A stretch of DNA of 62,682 bases, the filler included, from Rhabdomonas costata (lineage: Eukaryota), in assembly GCA_019059605.1 (NCBI GenBank). It is 47 parts of 47 records of this genome, joined end to end, with 100 filler letters (N's around TTAATTAATTAA, not from the genome) between each part and the next. Parts side by side here need not be neighbours in the genome. Positions count along the whole stretch, not along the records: positions 1 to 1,241 come from JAHMHO010022457.1; positions 1,342 to 2,578 come from JAHMHO010022458.1; positions 2,679 to 3,915 come from JAHMHO010022459.1; positions 4,016 to 5,252 come from JAHMHO010022460.1; positions 5,353 to 6,589 come from JAHMHO010022461.1; positions 6,690 to 7,925 come from JAHMHO010022462.1; positions 8,026 to 9,262 come from JAHMHO010022463.1; positions 9,363 to 10,598 come from JAHMHO010022464.1; 39 more parts are not named here. One strand, 5' to 3'. A program made the position numbers and the translations under genes. Positions within the stretch are counted from its first letter, which is position 1. Each line of letters opens with the position of its first letter. A model generated the notes under the pieces. That model had not been told where the DNA came from and did no database searches. It was given only the letters and a program-made list of their open reading frames with translations. Below, in pieces: positions 1 to 11,650 of this stretch.

Positions 1-6
1 TTTGTG

Positions 7-84
7 GTGTGATGTGATGTGATGTGATGTGGTGTGATGTGATGTGATGTGATGTGATGTGATGTGATGTGATGTGATGTGATG
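7..84 (+). repeat. (GATGT)n pentanucleotide microsatellite
   Basis: Tandem GATGT units are directly visible, with one GGTGT variant. Confidence 0.97.
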
Positions 85-799
85 AGATTCAGGTTGATAA
101 ATTGCCGTTGGGATTGACGATAGCCAAATATTTCGGCCTGATATTGAACTGATGGTATTTTCGAAACAGCTCACTCCGATTGCTCACTCCGAGAGGTACC
201 TCCAACAATTGAATTTAGAATAGTGTCCTGTGCCGCTGCTTGGGGAGAACAGCGGTCGAGACAAACTGTCACCAACCTACAGCCAACAAGACAACTCCAC
301 TCGACGAGACGGGATATTGGAAGGGCCCAACTAATTGAAAATCACATGATAATGACGAGGGAACCTTCCAGTAGGGGTGCAGCAAGAAGTTCTTGTCCTT
401 GTCCGGGCCCCCGTAGTAACACGGCACATTCCGCAGGAGCTCCAGTCGGGAGTCACTTCCCGGAGATAGAATTTCACCTGCAAAGAAACCATAACGTTCT
501 GAAAAAACGCACCACAAGCTGTGTAATGAGTTCATCTAATGTGGAGATATAACGGGTAACCGTGCTCTGGAATACGGGAGAATTTCCCTTGTACAATGGA
601 ATCTGTTGAGCCTACTCACGAGTTTTATCGTCATAAGGCCAAAACGTCTTCTGACAAGAACCTTCACGTCCACAGATACGCGGCCCGTGTGATAAAGCAA
701 ATCTTGCCAACATGGCATCATTTTTTCATCCAAGCTTTTGAAGCCAGCCCACCTGTGAAGAAACCTCTGGCAGCTGGCAGCTCGGTACGGTCGGGCACG

Positions 800-949
800 C
801 GGACCTAGGGTGTGGATCCTCCCGCTGTCGCCGCAGATCGGGAGGTTCAGCGCCACCCCCTCGTACCTCCGCGTCATCAGCACCACGGCCTGGCGGGTGG
901 GCCGGAACACCTGCGTGGGATGGGCCACCAGCAGCGAGCCCACCCGGAC
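800..949 (-). CDS. Exon of a possible YqgE/AlgH (DUF179)-like protein
   Basis: After a CAG acceptor it reads VRVGSLLVAHPTQVFRPTRQAVVLMTRRYEGVALNLP, resembling the GxLLVAxP...F...VVL....G..LN.P start of AlgH. The 3' boundary is uncertain. Confidence 0.4.
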
Positions 950-1241
950 CTGCGCGAAGACCCCCCCTCCCCAATATTGACACGACAAGGATAAAAAGAT
1001 CTGCCGCCAGGATGCTTCCGGTGAGCCCTCCCCTCAGAATTAGGGTAGCGAGTTTTAAATGGTTTGAGGGTGCATTGAACTTTGAACTGACCTGACCTGA
1101 CCTGACCTGACCCGAAAAGCGTTTTTGCGCAGTCTTGACTGGGCGTCGTGGAGACTCAACAAGAGTGGAAAGCTCCTATTAAACTCAAGGCATGAGAATT
1201 GCCATCCCCATCTTTTAGGTTTTCCGATGCGGTTCCAGTCT

Positions 1242-1341
1242 NNNNNNNNNNNNNNNNNNNNNNNNNNNNNNNNNNNNNNNNNNNNTTAATTAATTAANNN
1301 NNNNNNNNNNNNNNNNNNNNNNNNNNNNNNNNNNNNNNNNN
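1242..1341. other. Artificial contig linker (N44-TTAATTAATTAA-N44); first of 46 identical linkers, last at 61348-61447
   Basis: The same 100-nt block with an all-frame stop cassette recurs every ~1336 nt, and the flanking sequences are unrelated to each other. Confidence 0.99.
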
Positions 1342-3404
1342 TGTGTTGTGCCCCCCGCCCAGTGGCAATTGCTCTGTCAGTTTAGGCTTGTGTAATGGAG
1401 ACCTCTGGGAAGAATTGCCTTGGGCCTTCGCCCTTAAACCAATGTTGTTGCAAATCTTAGAGGGGCTAGTTCTCAAGCAGCATCAATTTTTGGCGTGCAA
1501 ACGAAGAATTCACATCTAGAGCACACGACCTTCCTTGCACCATACAGGAACAAGTCAACAGTTGAACAGATACAGGTCAACCCCTTATTGATATAACATC
1601 ATTTTGAGCGTGCTGGCACCCCGTACCTTTTGCAGGTTTCGCAAGGACGGGGGGGGGCACACCGCGTGAGTCACATTAGCCACGGAGAAGTGAAACACGG
1701 GCCTCTGCGCCAGGGCGATGGTGCGCAGGCCGTGCAACGAGCTCAGGCGGTTCAGCAGCGCCGGGGTGGCGTGGCCCCCGCGGAGCTGTTGAACGGCCCT
1801 GCGGTGCTGCTCCTGTACTGCGCGGAAACCCTCGTACCACCGGTGGACCTCCCACCGAAAAGCTTCCCTAGAAAGACGGCAGCGGCGAAATGAGCATCTG
1901 CAACGTGTGCGTCTGCGTGTGCGTGTGCGTGTGGACCACTGCTGAAGTGGAATCGACCAATGGATTCCGCCAATCAGTTTCCCCAAGAGTCATCTTTCAC
2001 AAAAGCAGAAGTTGTTCTAAGACCAAAACCTCCTACGTTATGAAGAAGGCCTCATTTTGCTCTTTCTTTTGTTCCAAGGTGCTTGGGGACAACAATTCAG
2101 TCCGCAACTTCTGGCGAAGCCAATCAAGAGCTTCATTTGATTTTTTTGAAAAATTAATTAAAAAGATTAAGCCCTCAGCAGTGTACATCAACTAACGCAG
2201 TACAGAGAGAGTTTGGACGGAGGAGCAAACCTCTCAGAAGAAGAAATCACAAGTTCGAGTGTGTGTTTCGTTCACAATGAACCTGCGGGTCCAGTACAAC
2301 CCCACAACAGCGGCGTGCATCGCCTCTCGGCTGTGACAGAGCTTCACATAGGTCCCCATTTTGTATCTCACAGCATCACTGCGAACCCTGACAGGGATGT
2401 ACGACAAAAAATGGCAATAAACGCCACAGAGATATCAATTACGTTGACTCAAAATTCAAAAATTTCCTAAAATTAAACACAAAAGGCGGTAACGGAAGTT
2501 CAAGCCGCACCGACGTACACCACGGCACTCAACAAAATAAGGTGATGAAGGTGAGTCAATTCCAAAATACCAAAAACCNNNNNNNNNNNNNNNNNNNNNN
2601 NNNNNNNNNNNNNNNNNNNNNNTTAATTAATTAANNNNNNNNNNNNNNNNNNNNNNNNNNNNNNNNNNNNNNNNNNNNTGTGTGTTTTTTACCCCGTTTT
2701 GGAAGAGAGGGGAGGGAATCCCTCTACCCAAAACGGGGTAAAAAACGCTTAGCGAAGACAGGATCTGCAATCTAAAGAAGACGAAGGAGGAGGATTTGCA
2801 ATGTTTCAAACCGCACACATTCACCCGATGCGAGTTCTCATGTTTGGAAAAGGCCATCAAAATGGATGCCGTGATGCCGTGATGCAAAACCGGATGACAC
2901 CGGCAACCTGACCAGCTGAGGATTTTTGCACAAAGCGCCGTGCAAAACAGGCTTGCAATTCCGAATTGTGAACAGAATTCGAATTGCAGCTTTCGGATTG
3001 ACGAGCAGTAAAGTCGAAAGCTCACAGTCAAATTTATACCCCCAGTGCAACATGAATACCTGCGATGAGAATTGACACACATCACGAGGTGAAGGAGAAT
3101 TTGCTAGGAAAATGGGGTCCGCCGAGCCTCAATGTCTGCGAGCTCCCGCACGCACTTTCGGGCCTGAGGTCGCAGCGGCTGCGGGATAAACCTCCTCCGG
3201 CGACGACTCGCGAGCCTCTCACTGCCTCAGGCTGGGTTGCAGCTGTGCCAGGAGTGCTTCAGCCATCGAAGAGAAGGGGTGCGCAGGATGTGGTGTTGCT
3301 ACTTCCCTCCTCCGCGCCCTTATCAGGCCGACGTGGCGCGGATTACGTTGGCTCTAAGCTGCATGAAAATGATCGTCGCGGTTCGTTTCTCTCCAACAAA
3401 TGCT

Positions 3405-3435
<31 letters not shown>

Positions 3436-5606
3436 GCACACACACACACACACACACTGTTCACCTTACTTCCCCATGAAAGAGTTTTTCGTGGCATCCC
3501 TACGGTGCTTGAAACACTTGGAAACAACGCCAAGCACAACGCTTAACAAGAGGCCTGTGAAAATTAAGTGCAAAGCTCACAACATCAGCAACCGGCTGGT
3601 GCTGAAGCAGACGTCTGACGCAATTGCCGCCGAAGGCGCTTGCGAACCAGACAGCTTGTCACGTAGCTGTCCAAAAGCTGCACCGCAAAAGAGCTCAGTT
3701 CGCGAAAATCTACTGTAAGCTCCCCAGAGTTTGGAGATGCAGCTCCTCTCTGTGAAAACAACACAAGTAGCTCCTTTGAAAATGCCTTTCCACCGCCAGG
3801 ACGCCCCCGGACCACCCCAGCTTATCGTCACTTCCTTTCAGTGGTGTCTGTGGTTCATCTCAAAATAAAAGGGCAACACAACCGACGCAAACAGCTGCGC
3901 GCGTTTTAGCAACACNNNNNNNNNNNNNNNNNNNNNNNNNNNNNNNNNNNNNNNNNNNNTTAATTAATTAANNNNNNNNNNNNNNNNNNNNNNNNNNNNN
4001 NNNNNNNNNNNNNNNGTTGGTGGGTGCACAAAGTGTGTACAGGACACCGGCTGGCCACTCATCCAATATCAGGGGCCAGCCGGTGTCCTGTACACACTTT
4101 GTGCACTTGGCAAGACAAACGCACACAGACACACAAAGTTGGCCCGCAAGTTCTGCAGGAGCTGCAGCTGGTTCGCCAGGCGGTCCCGCGCGTTGTGCAG
4201 CAGAGTAGTGCTGAGCTGGACCAACTCCAGCTCCTTCAGCTCTGGGTGCCGCCCATGCAGCGCTCGCAAAGTGGTACCCTGGATCTCTCGGAAGAGCCTT
4301 TTTTGGACGGGAGGGGAGAGGGAAGTTCATTGCCGTTTCTGTCCTACTTTCGGGCGGGGTGAAAAGAAAGCTTAAGGCCTAATGTGTCGACAATCTCTTC
4401 CTCCTTCTCTCTCTCTCTCTCGCTGTCGCTTCTTTCCCTTTCTCACTTTTCTTCCTTTTTTGGTTAATCGACACGGGATGGTCCAACTGCTCCGTTTGCC
4501 TTACTTAGAACTGAGCATGCCAGTGGAGCGCACAGAATCCACAGGAAGGAAAACAGGTGTCCAGCCCCAGCGTAGCAGGCGGTGACAAAAGAGAGGGAGA
4601 GAGAAATGCAGGAATGGAAGGGGTGGCAATGGGAGGGCTTTACTTGGGTAGCTCCTCCATCGGGCTGCACTCCAGCAAGTCCAGTATTCTGGCTTCAGCC
4701 TCCCCTGCACCACCAAAAGCGATACACCTCTGCTGTTACGGGGAGAAGAGGCCACTGTGAGTGACTGAACACGTAATATAATGCAAGGGTGGATAGTATG
4801 GATTCCTCCTGGAGGCTTGCAGGCACGATGAAAATTCGCAGCATTTTCAATAGCGGCAAAGAATCGTTCTGAGTATCGATCAGAATTTGGCTCGGAGTGC
4901 AACGAGAATAGTTTAGACACAGCTTTTCTTCTTCTTAAACGGCTTTCACACCGCCCAAGAAGCAGAAAAACAGCAAAGCTTTGTCAGAGGACCAAACCGA
5001 AAAACCTTTACCTTCAGAAATAGAAAGACGGGCATTCTGGGAAGGCAGCCATTTGCCCAGAGAGCTGGCATCTCCTTTTTAGACCTTTCAGACGTGTCGC
5101 CTCTGGTCCCAAAGCCCCCCACCCATTTCACCGCTGGCACCCGCACCACAACCTTCCAAAACACATCCTAGCTATTCTCCTCCATTGCGGTAAATGAGAG
5201 CATCTCCCCCAAGCGTTTCCACCACGTATGCATCACGCGAGAACAAAAAACANNNNNNNNNNNNNNNNNNNNNNNNNNNNNNNNNNNNNNNNNNNNTTAA
5301 TTAATTAANNNNNNNNNNNNNNNNNNNNNNNNNNNNNNNNNNNNNNNNNNNNGTTTTTTTTGTAATTGTTTTGCTCGACCTGTGAGTGGGAATATTGCAT
5401 TGTGGGAGGGGCTAAACGATTACGGGGGGGTAAACGTTCAACACCCTTAAGCGATCGAAAAGTCAAACTGAAAATTTGTGGCCTTGGGCATTGTCTATCT
5501 GAACTGAAATGTGCAAGACGTTCAGTGCACTGGTTTATGTCGTGTTGCGGTTTGACCCCTCTCAGCCCGCCGCGCTTCCGCACACCCACACATGTGTGAC
5601 GCGCAG

Positions 5607-5777
5607 GTTTGAGGTGCAGAGGGTGTTTCTGGCACGGGCGGAGCAGCTGTGCTGCGTCGAGGGCTCTGCCCGGGACGGGGTGGCCCAGGCTGAGGCCACG
5701 CAGCGGCACAGCTTGCAGCTCGCGATCTCCTACACCATCCCCTGGGTCGGCACCCTGGCCCCTACAACACCCCTCCG
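5607..5777 (+). CDS. Internal exon, hypothetical protein
   Basis: CAG/GT-bounded, GC3-rich frame FEVQRVFLARAEQLCCVEGSARDG...; no family recognised. Confidence 0.5.
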
Positions 5778-6126
5778 GTGTGTGTGTGTGTGTGCGTGTG
5801 TGCGTGCGTGTGTATGTCTTGCTGTCTACTTTTCGCCTCGCGAGACCGGCGTGGTAGCCGACCTTGGTGCCTGGCAATACCCTGTTGTGTGTGTGCGTGT
5901 GTGTTTGCCTACTGGGCCAAAACAACCTATTTCCCCTCTCGCACACCGTTGGCCCGGTGCAAGCACACGATTGAGAAGAACTCAGCGAAGTGGGAGTCCG
6001 CGGCAATAGTCTTAAGTCCCGGAAATGACACAGCTACCAACAAGGTATCCACACACACAAACACGCTCACCACTGGGCTGCTGACGAGCTGGGGGCGCTG
6101 CTGCGTGCCAGCTAATTCCACGTCCA

Positions 6127-6163
6127 GCCCTTGCCCTTGCCCTTGCCCTTGCCCTTGCCCTTG
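6127..6163 (+). repeat. (GCCCTT)n hexanucleotide microsatellite
   Basis: Directly visible tandem units. Confidence 0.95.
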
Positions 6164-7004
6164 CATGCTTTAAGTGAGACCTCTCAGCCCGTTCGGGCTC
6201 GGGCGGTAGTATCACGTTCGCATGGGCACTAGGATTGATCCGTTGAGTGAATTCGGGCTCAGCTGTGCAGCTGTTTCTGGCTAATGGACCTAAATCAAAA
6301 CATAATTGATGCAGAACGTTCGTGCCCCTCAACGATTTCCTAAATTCCTGTGTACACGTCTTGCTTTCCCCTACAAAGCGTTGCATTCTCATAATAAGTA
6401 AAGTCGTTTTTTCAACATTCATTTTGGGGAAAGGGCTCTCGGGTTAAAGCGCTTTGTGGAAATCGTTGGCTGGAAGACGCTTCCACAGTGTCTTTCAACC
6501 CGTCAGAATATACCCACGCATTCAGACTCAGCACATAGCGATTGGCCTGTGAGCGGAAGGGCAGCAGGCAGCATAGGACAAAAAACCCCNNNNNNNNNNN
6601 NNNNNNNNNNNNNNNNNNNNNNNNNNNNNNNNNTTAATTAATTAANNNNNNNNNNNNNNNNNNNNNNNNNNNNNNNNNNNNNNNNNNNNGGGGGGCGGTA
6701 ACCGTCCATTCGCAAGCGTGCTTACCCTTGCTTCCCAATGGGATGATGGCCAAGCCTTTCTCCAGTAGTCCAAACCAAACCCCTAACCCGATCTCAAAGG
6801 GCACAGGTGCGGTGTGCTCTCGCCGGCATCAGACACTACTCAACGGCAATAAACGATGAACGTTGAGAAGACGTTTCTTTTGACGGTGTGAATTCTTGGA
6901 AAACAGCCTGGGAACACCCGCTGTTGGAGGGGAGCGTTTTATCCCCTCGAACTCAACAAATGACTGACTGTGAGGTTTCAGGACGTTTTGGTGCTTGGGT
7001 TCAG

Positions 7005-7869
7005 ACCCTCCCCTGCTGCTGTACGCGAGGTTCCGGATGACCAACCATCCTGGGCGCCGGGCGATTGTGCGGGCGCTGAACCAGAGCTTCCCGGAGGTTT
7101 TCGGAAATGTCACCCAGGCCGCCCGCCGCGTCCGCCGGGCGCTGTTCTTCTCCTCCATCTTGCAGCACAAGTTTGTGCTCTCTCCGCCAGGTACGCCAGG
7201 GCGCCCAATTCCACAGCGATGCCTCAAGAAGTGCGGATGTGATTACGTGCGTGCATAAAACTTCCCCCTGGTCAACTCCGCGAAGGGATGCCACCTCGAG
7301 TGGTTTTCGGGGGTCCAAGTCTTAAGTGCTTAAACCGGGCTCGGTCACTTTTCGCAGTATCTACCCGAACCGGACCGGGCGTCTCGCAATTCAAGAGAGG
7401 CAACATCTTTGTGAATTAAATGCTGTCCCAAATGTTGCGAAGAGCAGTGCCTGGTTACCAAAGTGTGATCGCAGGCACACGGAGGAACGGTTGCTGTTTT
7501 GCTCTACTGGCATGAATGCTGCCTTTTTCTGGCAGAGAGGCTGGCAGTTTGAGCCATTGAGGGGTAAGTTTGAGCTGAGCTTTGCCTGTAAATCCTGGAG
7601 AAGGGAAATCTCACCCAAGCACCTGGCCTTCTGATGTGGTGTGCACGTCGTTCTTGCCCCCAATTCCCAGGGAATGGGGTAGACACGTACCGGAATTACG
7701 AGACGCTGTACCTGGGTCGTGTGCCTGTGCTGGACAACACTCTGCCCTGCCGGATCTTCGACGGGCTTCCCGTGGTTGTCTTCACCTCCTGGGAGAGTCT
7801 GACCCCGCCCTTCCTGCTCCAGAAGTGGGAGGAACTGGCCCACCCCTCACGGCGATATGACCTGAACAG
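7005..7869 (+). CDS. Exostosin/GT47-like glycosyltransferase, partial (exons 7005-7190, 7671-7869)
   Basis: A phase-1 GT-AG join restores HKFVLSPPG/NGVDTYRNYETLYLGRVPV...LPVVVFTSWESLT, the exostosin-like FxLxPxGxGxDxxRxxExxxxGxxPV motif. Confidence 0.85.
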
Positions 7870-8025
7870 GTTTCACACACCCGTGGGGGAACCCGTGGGG
7901 GAAGGGGAAAATGCTCAGGTTCTTCNNNNNNNNNNNNNNNNNNNNNNNNNNNNNNNNNNNNNNNNNNNNTTAATTAATTAANNNNNNNNNNNNNNNNNNN
8001 NNNNNNNNNNNNNNNNNNNNNNNNN

Positions 8026-8560
8026 TTTGTCTATCACTTTGCACAGCTGGTCGGAGGAGACTGCCAGGGAGTTCGCAATTACGGGGCCTCGTAGTGAAGC
8101 TGAGTAGGCCGGCTGGGGAAACAGCTGTCGAATCTTTTCCACGTTTTCAGGTCTTCTCTCATGGATGCCGTGGGATAGCAACTGCCTGGCAGCTTTGACC
8201 AGATCCCAGCATCCACCAGATTTGCCACTCGTTTCAGCTCTTTAGCTTCCGTCTTGGAGGTCTGCGGTTTTCCATCTTGCTTGGGGTTCTGCTCAAGCAG
8301 CTTGTTCCAAAGGGCGAGGATCTCTTCGCGTTCCCACCGAAGGATGCGGTCTCTGAGCATCCTGTTTAGTGCTTCCCTGCGACTGCTTCCGCCCCGCGTG
8401 GGTTGCGTCAGCAGTGCCTTCTATGCAATGAAAACTAGGGATGGGGTAGTGGAGCCTGGGGAGTGTACAAATTGTCTCAAAGTTGCCGAGAAGATGCGCG
8501 ACCAGTCGTCTCGTACAACATTGGGGATATAGGGAAGTGTTGGCCATGGTGCAGAACAGA
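8026..8560 (-). mobile_element. Degenerate CRE-clade non-LTR retrotransposon, pre-RT region
   Basis: Frames join as PTLPYIPNVVRDDWSRIF...KALLTQPTRGG...RILRWEREEILALW...KRVANLVDAGIWSK/(frameshift)LLSHGIHERRPENVEKIRQLFP. This resembles the region upstream of the RT in CRE/SLACS-like elements. It contains a stop and a frameshift. Confidence 0.7.
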
Positions 8561-9733
8561 TATCGTTCATAGAGGGCAACTGTGAAGTGGGCCGATGTCT
8601 GAATGGATGGTAAGGTAAGCGAGGTTGAGGAGTTTATCTCGGCTGGAGCCACGGATGGGTTCCGAAATGGCGCACCCCCTCGTCTGAATACGTCAGCGTG
8701 GAATTGCCCCATCCCTCACCCCAGGGTCAGCGACTTGTCCCAACAGAAGCAGCTCCCTCCACAGCAGCAAGATCTTGCTCACACACCACGGAGCCGCTTG
8801 GAGCATGAAATCCCTGGAATCAGAGTTGGTCCTCAAAGGGGAACCCGCCAAACTTTCAGTTCATTGTAAAGTGGGGAGAAAAAGTCGAAAAATGATTACA
8901 CTCAGCAATAGTCCTTCCTGGTCGTCAACGTCGAGCCCATGAGCTTTCCCTCGTAGCTCAAGGCCTGACTAACAAGCTTCGCAGAAGGCTCATCCGGGGT
9001 ACGAGTAACCTTAAAAAGGTCCCGTGGAACCTTATTCGGAGTCTTAATCTGCCAGTTACTGATCTCGGAGACTTCCTTGATCCTTTTGCTAATTGCAAGT
9101 AGTCGAGAACCTTTTCGGGTAAGCCCGTTACTACGTCGATCCCGGCAATCCCTTGGGCGTGGGATGGATAGGTCTTCAGGAACTCAAGATCGATGTACTC
9201 ACTTGGGTCAACGCATGTCAACGCCCAGTAAACCACCGGGTGTAGATCCGCTCCCAAACACCNNNNNNNNNNNNNNNNNNNNNNNNNNNNNNNNNNNNNN
9301 NNNNNNTTAATTAATTAANNNNNNNNNNNNNNNNNNNNNNNNNNNNNNNNNNNNNNNNNNNNGGTTTTTGGTGGTGGTTGCCACCCTCTCTCTTCGTCTC
9401 TAAGCCCAGTTCTGGCATCTTGAAGCGTAGGTTTGGGCCTTTTTACGGCTTTTTCGACTTTAGCCTCGTTTGCATGGAGAGCCCTTTAACCCTTTTAGGC
9501 GTGCACACTCAGCCTACGATTCTTGCGGGGCGGCTCAGCACACCTATGGGTAGGCGAGGGTGTGCGTGCACCAGAAACAAAGCAGTCAGGTCACCTCCCC
9601 GACAGGAGGCGTGCAGGTCACAGCTCACCATTCAGACGCTTGCATCGGACCCAAAACTACTCATCCCATTCCTGTTCATCCAGCCCGATCCCATTTATAT
9701 AATTCCACCACACACACAACCACACACACACAC

Positions 9734-10022
9734 CGATGGTCTTGATCTTCTCGACGTGGTTCTCAACGCAAAGGACATCAAACAGACTGAACACGTGATT
9801 GAGCGTGCTCACGAGCTCCGTGGGGCTGACGCTGAGGCTCAGCGCGGTGAAGCCGCAGATGTCGGCGAAGCACACAGTGACGTTGGGGTGGGCCCGGCAG
9901 ATCGGGCGCCCAGGATCCCCGGCGCGCGGGCTCTGCTGCGCAGAGGAGCTGCCCAACTTGGCCAGAAGCTCGTCCGCGATGGGGGCTGGCAGGATGCTCA
10001 GCAGAAGCTTCTGCGATAGCTC
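9734..10022 (-). CDS. Class III adenylate/guanylate cyclase, exon with the first half of the catalytic domain
   Basis: CAG...GT-bounded exon: ELSQKLLLSILPAPIADEL...VTVCFADICGFTALSLSVSPTELVSTLNHVFSLFDVLCVENHVEKIKTIG (LLxxILP, FADIxGFT and EKIKTIG motifs). Confidence 0.95.
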
Positions 10023-10703
10023 CTGCGAGTGAGAGTTCGGAAGAAAGGAACGGAGGGAGGAAAAACCAAGAAGAAGAAGAAGAGCTAGGATACAGGGAAG
10101 ACGATGCTAACGAAGCCAAAGACAGACAATGGCAAAAAAACAAACGCAACCCACCACCCGTGCTGTGATCACCCCCCCCCACTCCACCGTCCACCGTGGT
10201 GGAGCAGCAACCGAATGGCTCATGTCCGTATCCTCTGAGCCCCCTGAGCACTGAGCTGTGAGCGCGCAACCCTCGGCAACACTTCGGTTCCCAAGAAACC
10301 ATTTCTAATGTCGGGGGGGGGGTTCTGGGGATTATATTTGAAAACATGCCCAGAGGTTTTCTTTCTCTTTAAGTTTTTTGGGGTTATTTTTTTTGCGTGT
10401 CCACATCATTGATTTTTTGATTATTTTGATTTTCACTGGCGAATAACTTTAGACACCAAAACACTCACGGCACTGGGGCACAGGCACAAGAGTTCGGGAA
10501 GAGTGCAACACAAAAAACAACAATTTACAGGAAGGAACGCGAGAGAGATAGCAGGGGTGAACTAAGCACAAAAGAAACAAAGACGATAAACCACAAAANN
10601 NNNNNNNNNNNNNNNNNNNNNNNNNNNNNNNNNNNNNNNNNNTTAATTAATTAANNNNNNNNNNNNNNNNNNNNNNNNNNNNNNNNNNNNNNNNNNNNGT
10701 TTG

Positions 10704-11650
10704 TTGGGGACAGTCAGTGATGCGGTAGCCCAGCGGTGCGGGCTCCGGCCCAGCACCATAGTCACAGGCGGGGTGCATGACTCCAACGCAGTGCTGGCGC
10801 CCTTTTTCGCCAAAGTGGGGCAGCAGCTCGTCGTCGTATCCACGGGGACGTGGTATGTTCACCGCCTCTTCCTTTCCTGGTTTTCCCCTTGGCTAAAATT
10901 TTCGACGCATAATTGTAGATACACGGTGCTCGTATCCATGCATTAGGTGCTCGGTCCTGTAACCTTTCAGTGCCATGCCCGCTCTTTTGGACCAAAGCCT
11001 AGAGGTTACAGTTAGGATAACCGTCATGTCCTGGTTTTGGACCTGTGTGGTCGGGCAGCCATGTCCTCGTTTTCCATTTCCATTTCCATTTTCCGGTCTC
11101 TGTGACCATGCCCCGTGTTGCGCTGCTTAGGATTGCTTTGCCCCTCATCCTCTCTCATCTTCGAATCTCTCTTCCCTTTGGCCTCTGCTGGATCTCTGAA
11201 TTGGTGCTGCCATTATGATCCCGACGCATTGGGATTTGGGCAACTTCATAGTTCCAAAATGCATTGATGCGGTTGGTCAGGCTAGCGCTTGTGCTACCTT
11301 TTCTTGCCCTGATAGAGAGCAGCACAGTGGGGGGTGCTTGGCCTCCTCCTGTTCCTCAGTGTCTAAACACCTCCCACTAGTATGTTTGAACGTTGCTTTT
11401 GACTACCAATTTTTTGGGGATGATACGGGTACCCTCGCAGACGTCTGATTTTGCTTCTGCGCGCAGGTGTGTTTTTCTTCATCCCACTAAATCCTGTGAG
11501 ATGAGCGAGGCGGAGGAGCAGCTGGGGGCCTTCCCGATGTACTCTGTGGTGTGCAAACCCGTGAAGACGGTAATCTTCTACGGCGGTGGTGAGTGGCAGG
11601 CCTGGGCGGAGGCCATGAAGCTTCCACCGGGCACCGCGGCGGATCCGGAG
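10704..11650 (+). CDS. FGGY-family carbohydrate kinase (fuculo-/rhamnulokinase-like), partial (exons ~10704-10852, 11467-11650)
   Basis: GGVHDSNAVL...VVVSTGTW joins in phase 2 (TG/G) to CVFLHP...KPVKTVIFYGGGEW. GxHDSNA and STGTW are FGGY motifs. Confidence 0.85.

Noticed and set aside
1286-1297. TTAATTAATTAA recurring every ~1336 nt, which could look like a regular repeat or CRISPR-like array
   Set aside because: It is always embedded in N44 runs and is an artificial all-frame-stop linker. The regular spacing reflects length-sorted contigs.
9520-9660. Candidate next exon of the cyclase (expected GD[AC]Y)
   Set aside because: No AG-bounded frame gives a convincing continuation. The exon probably lies outside the contig.
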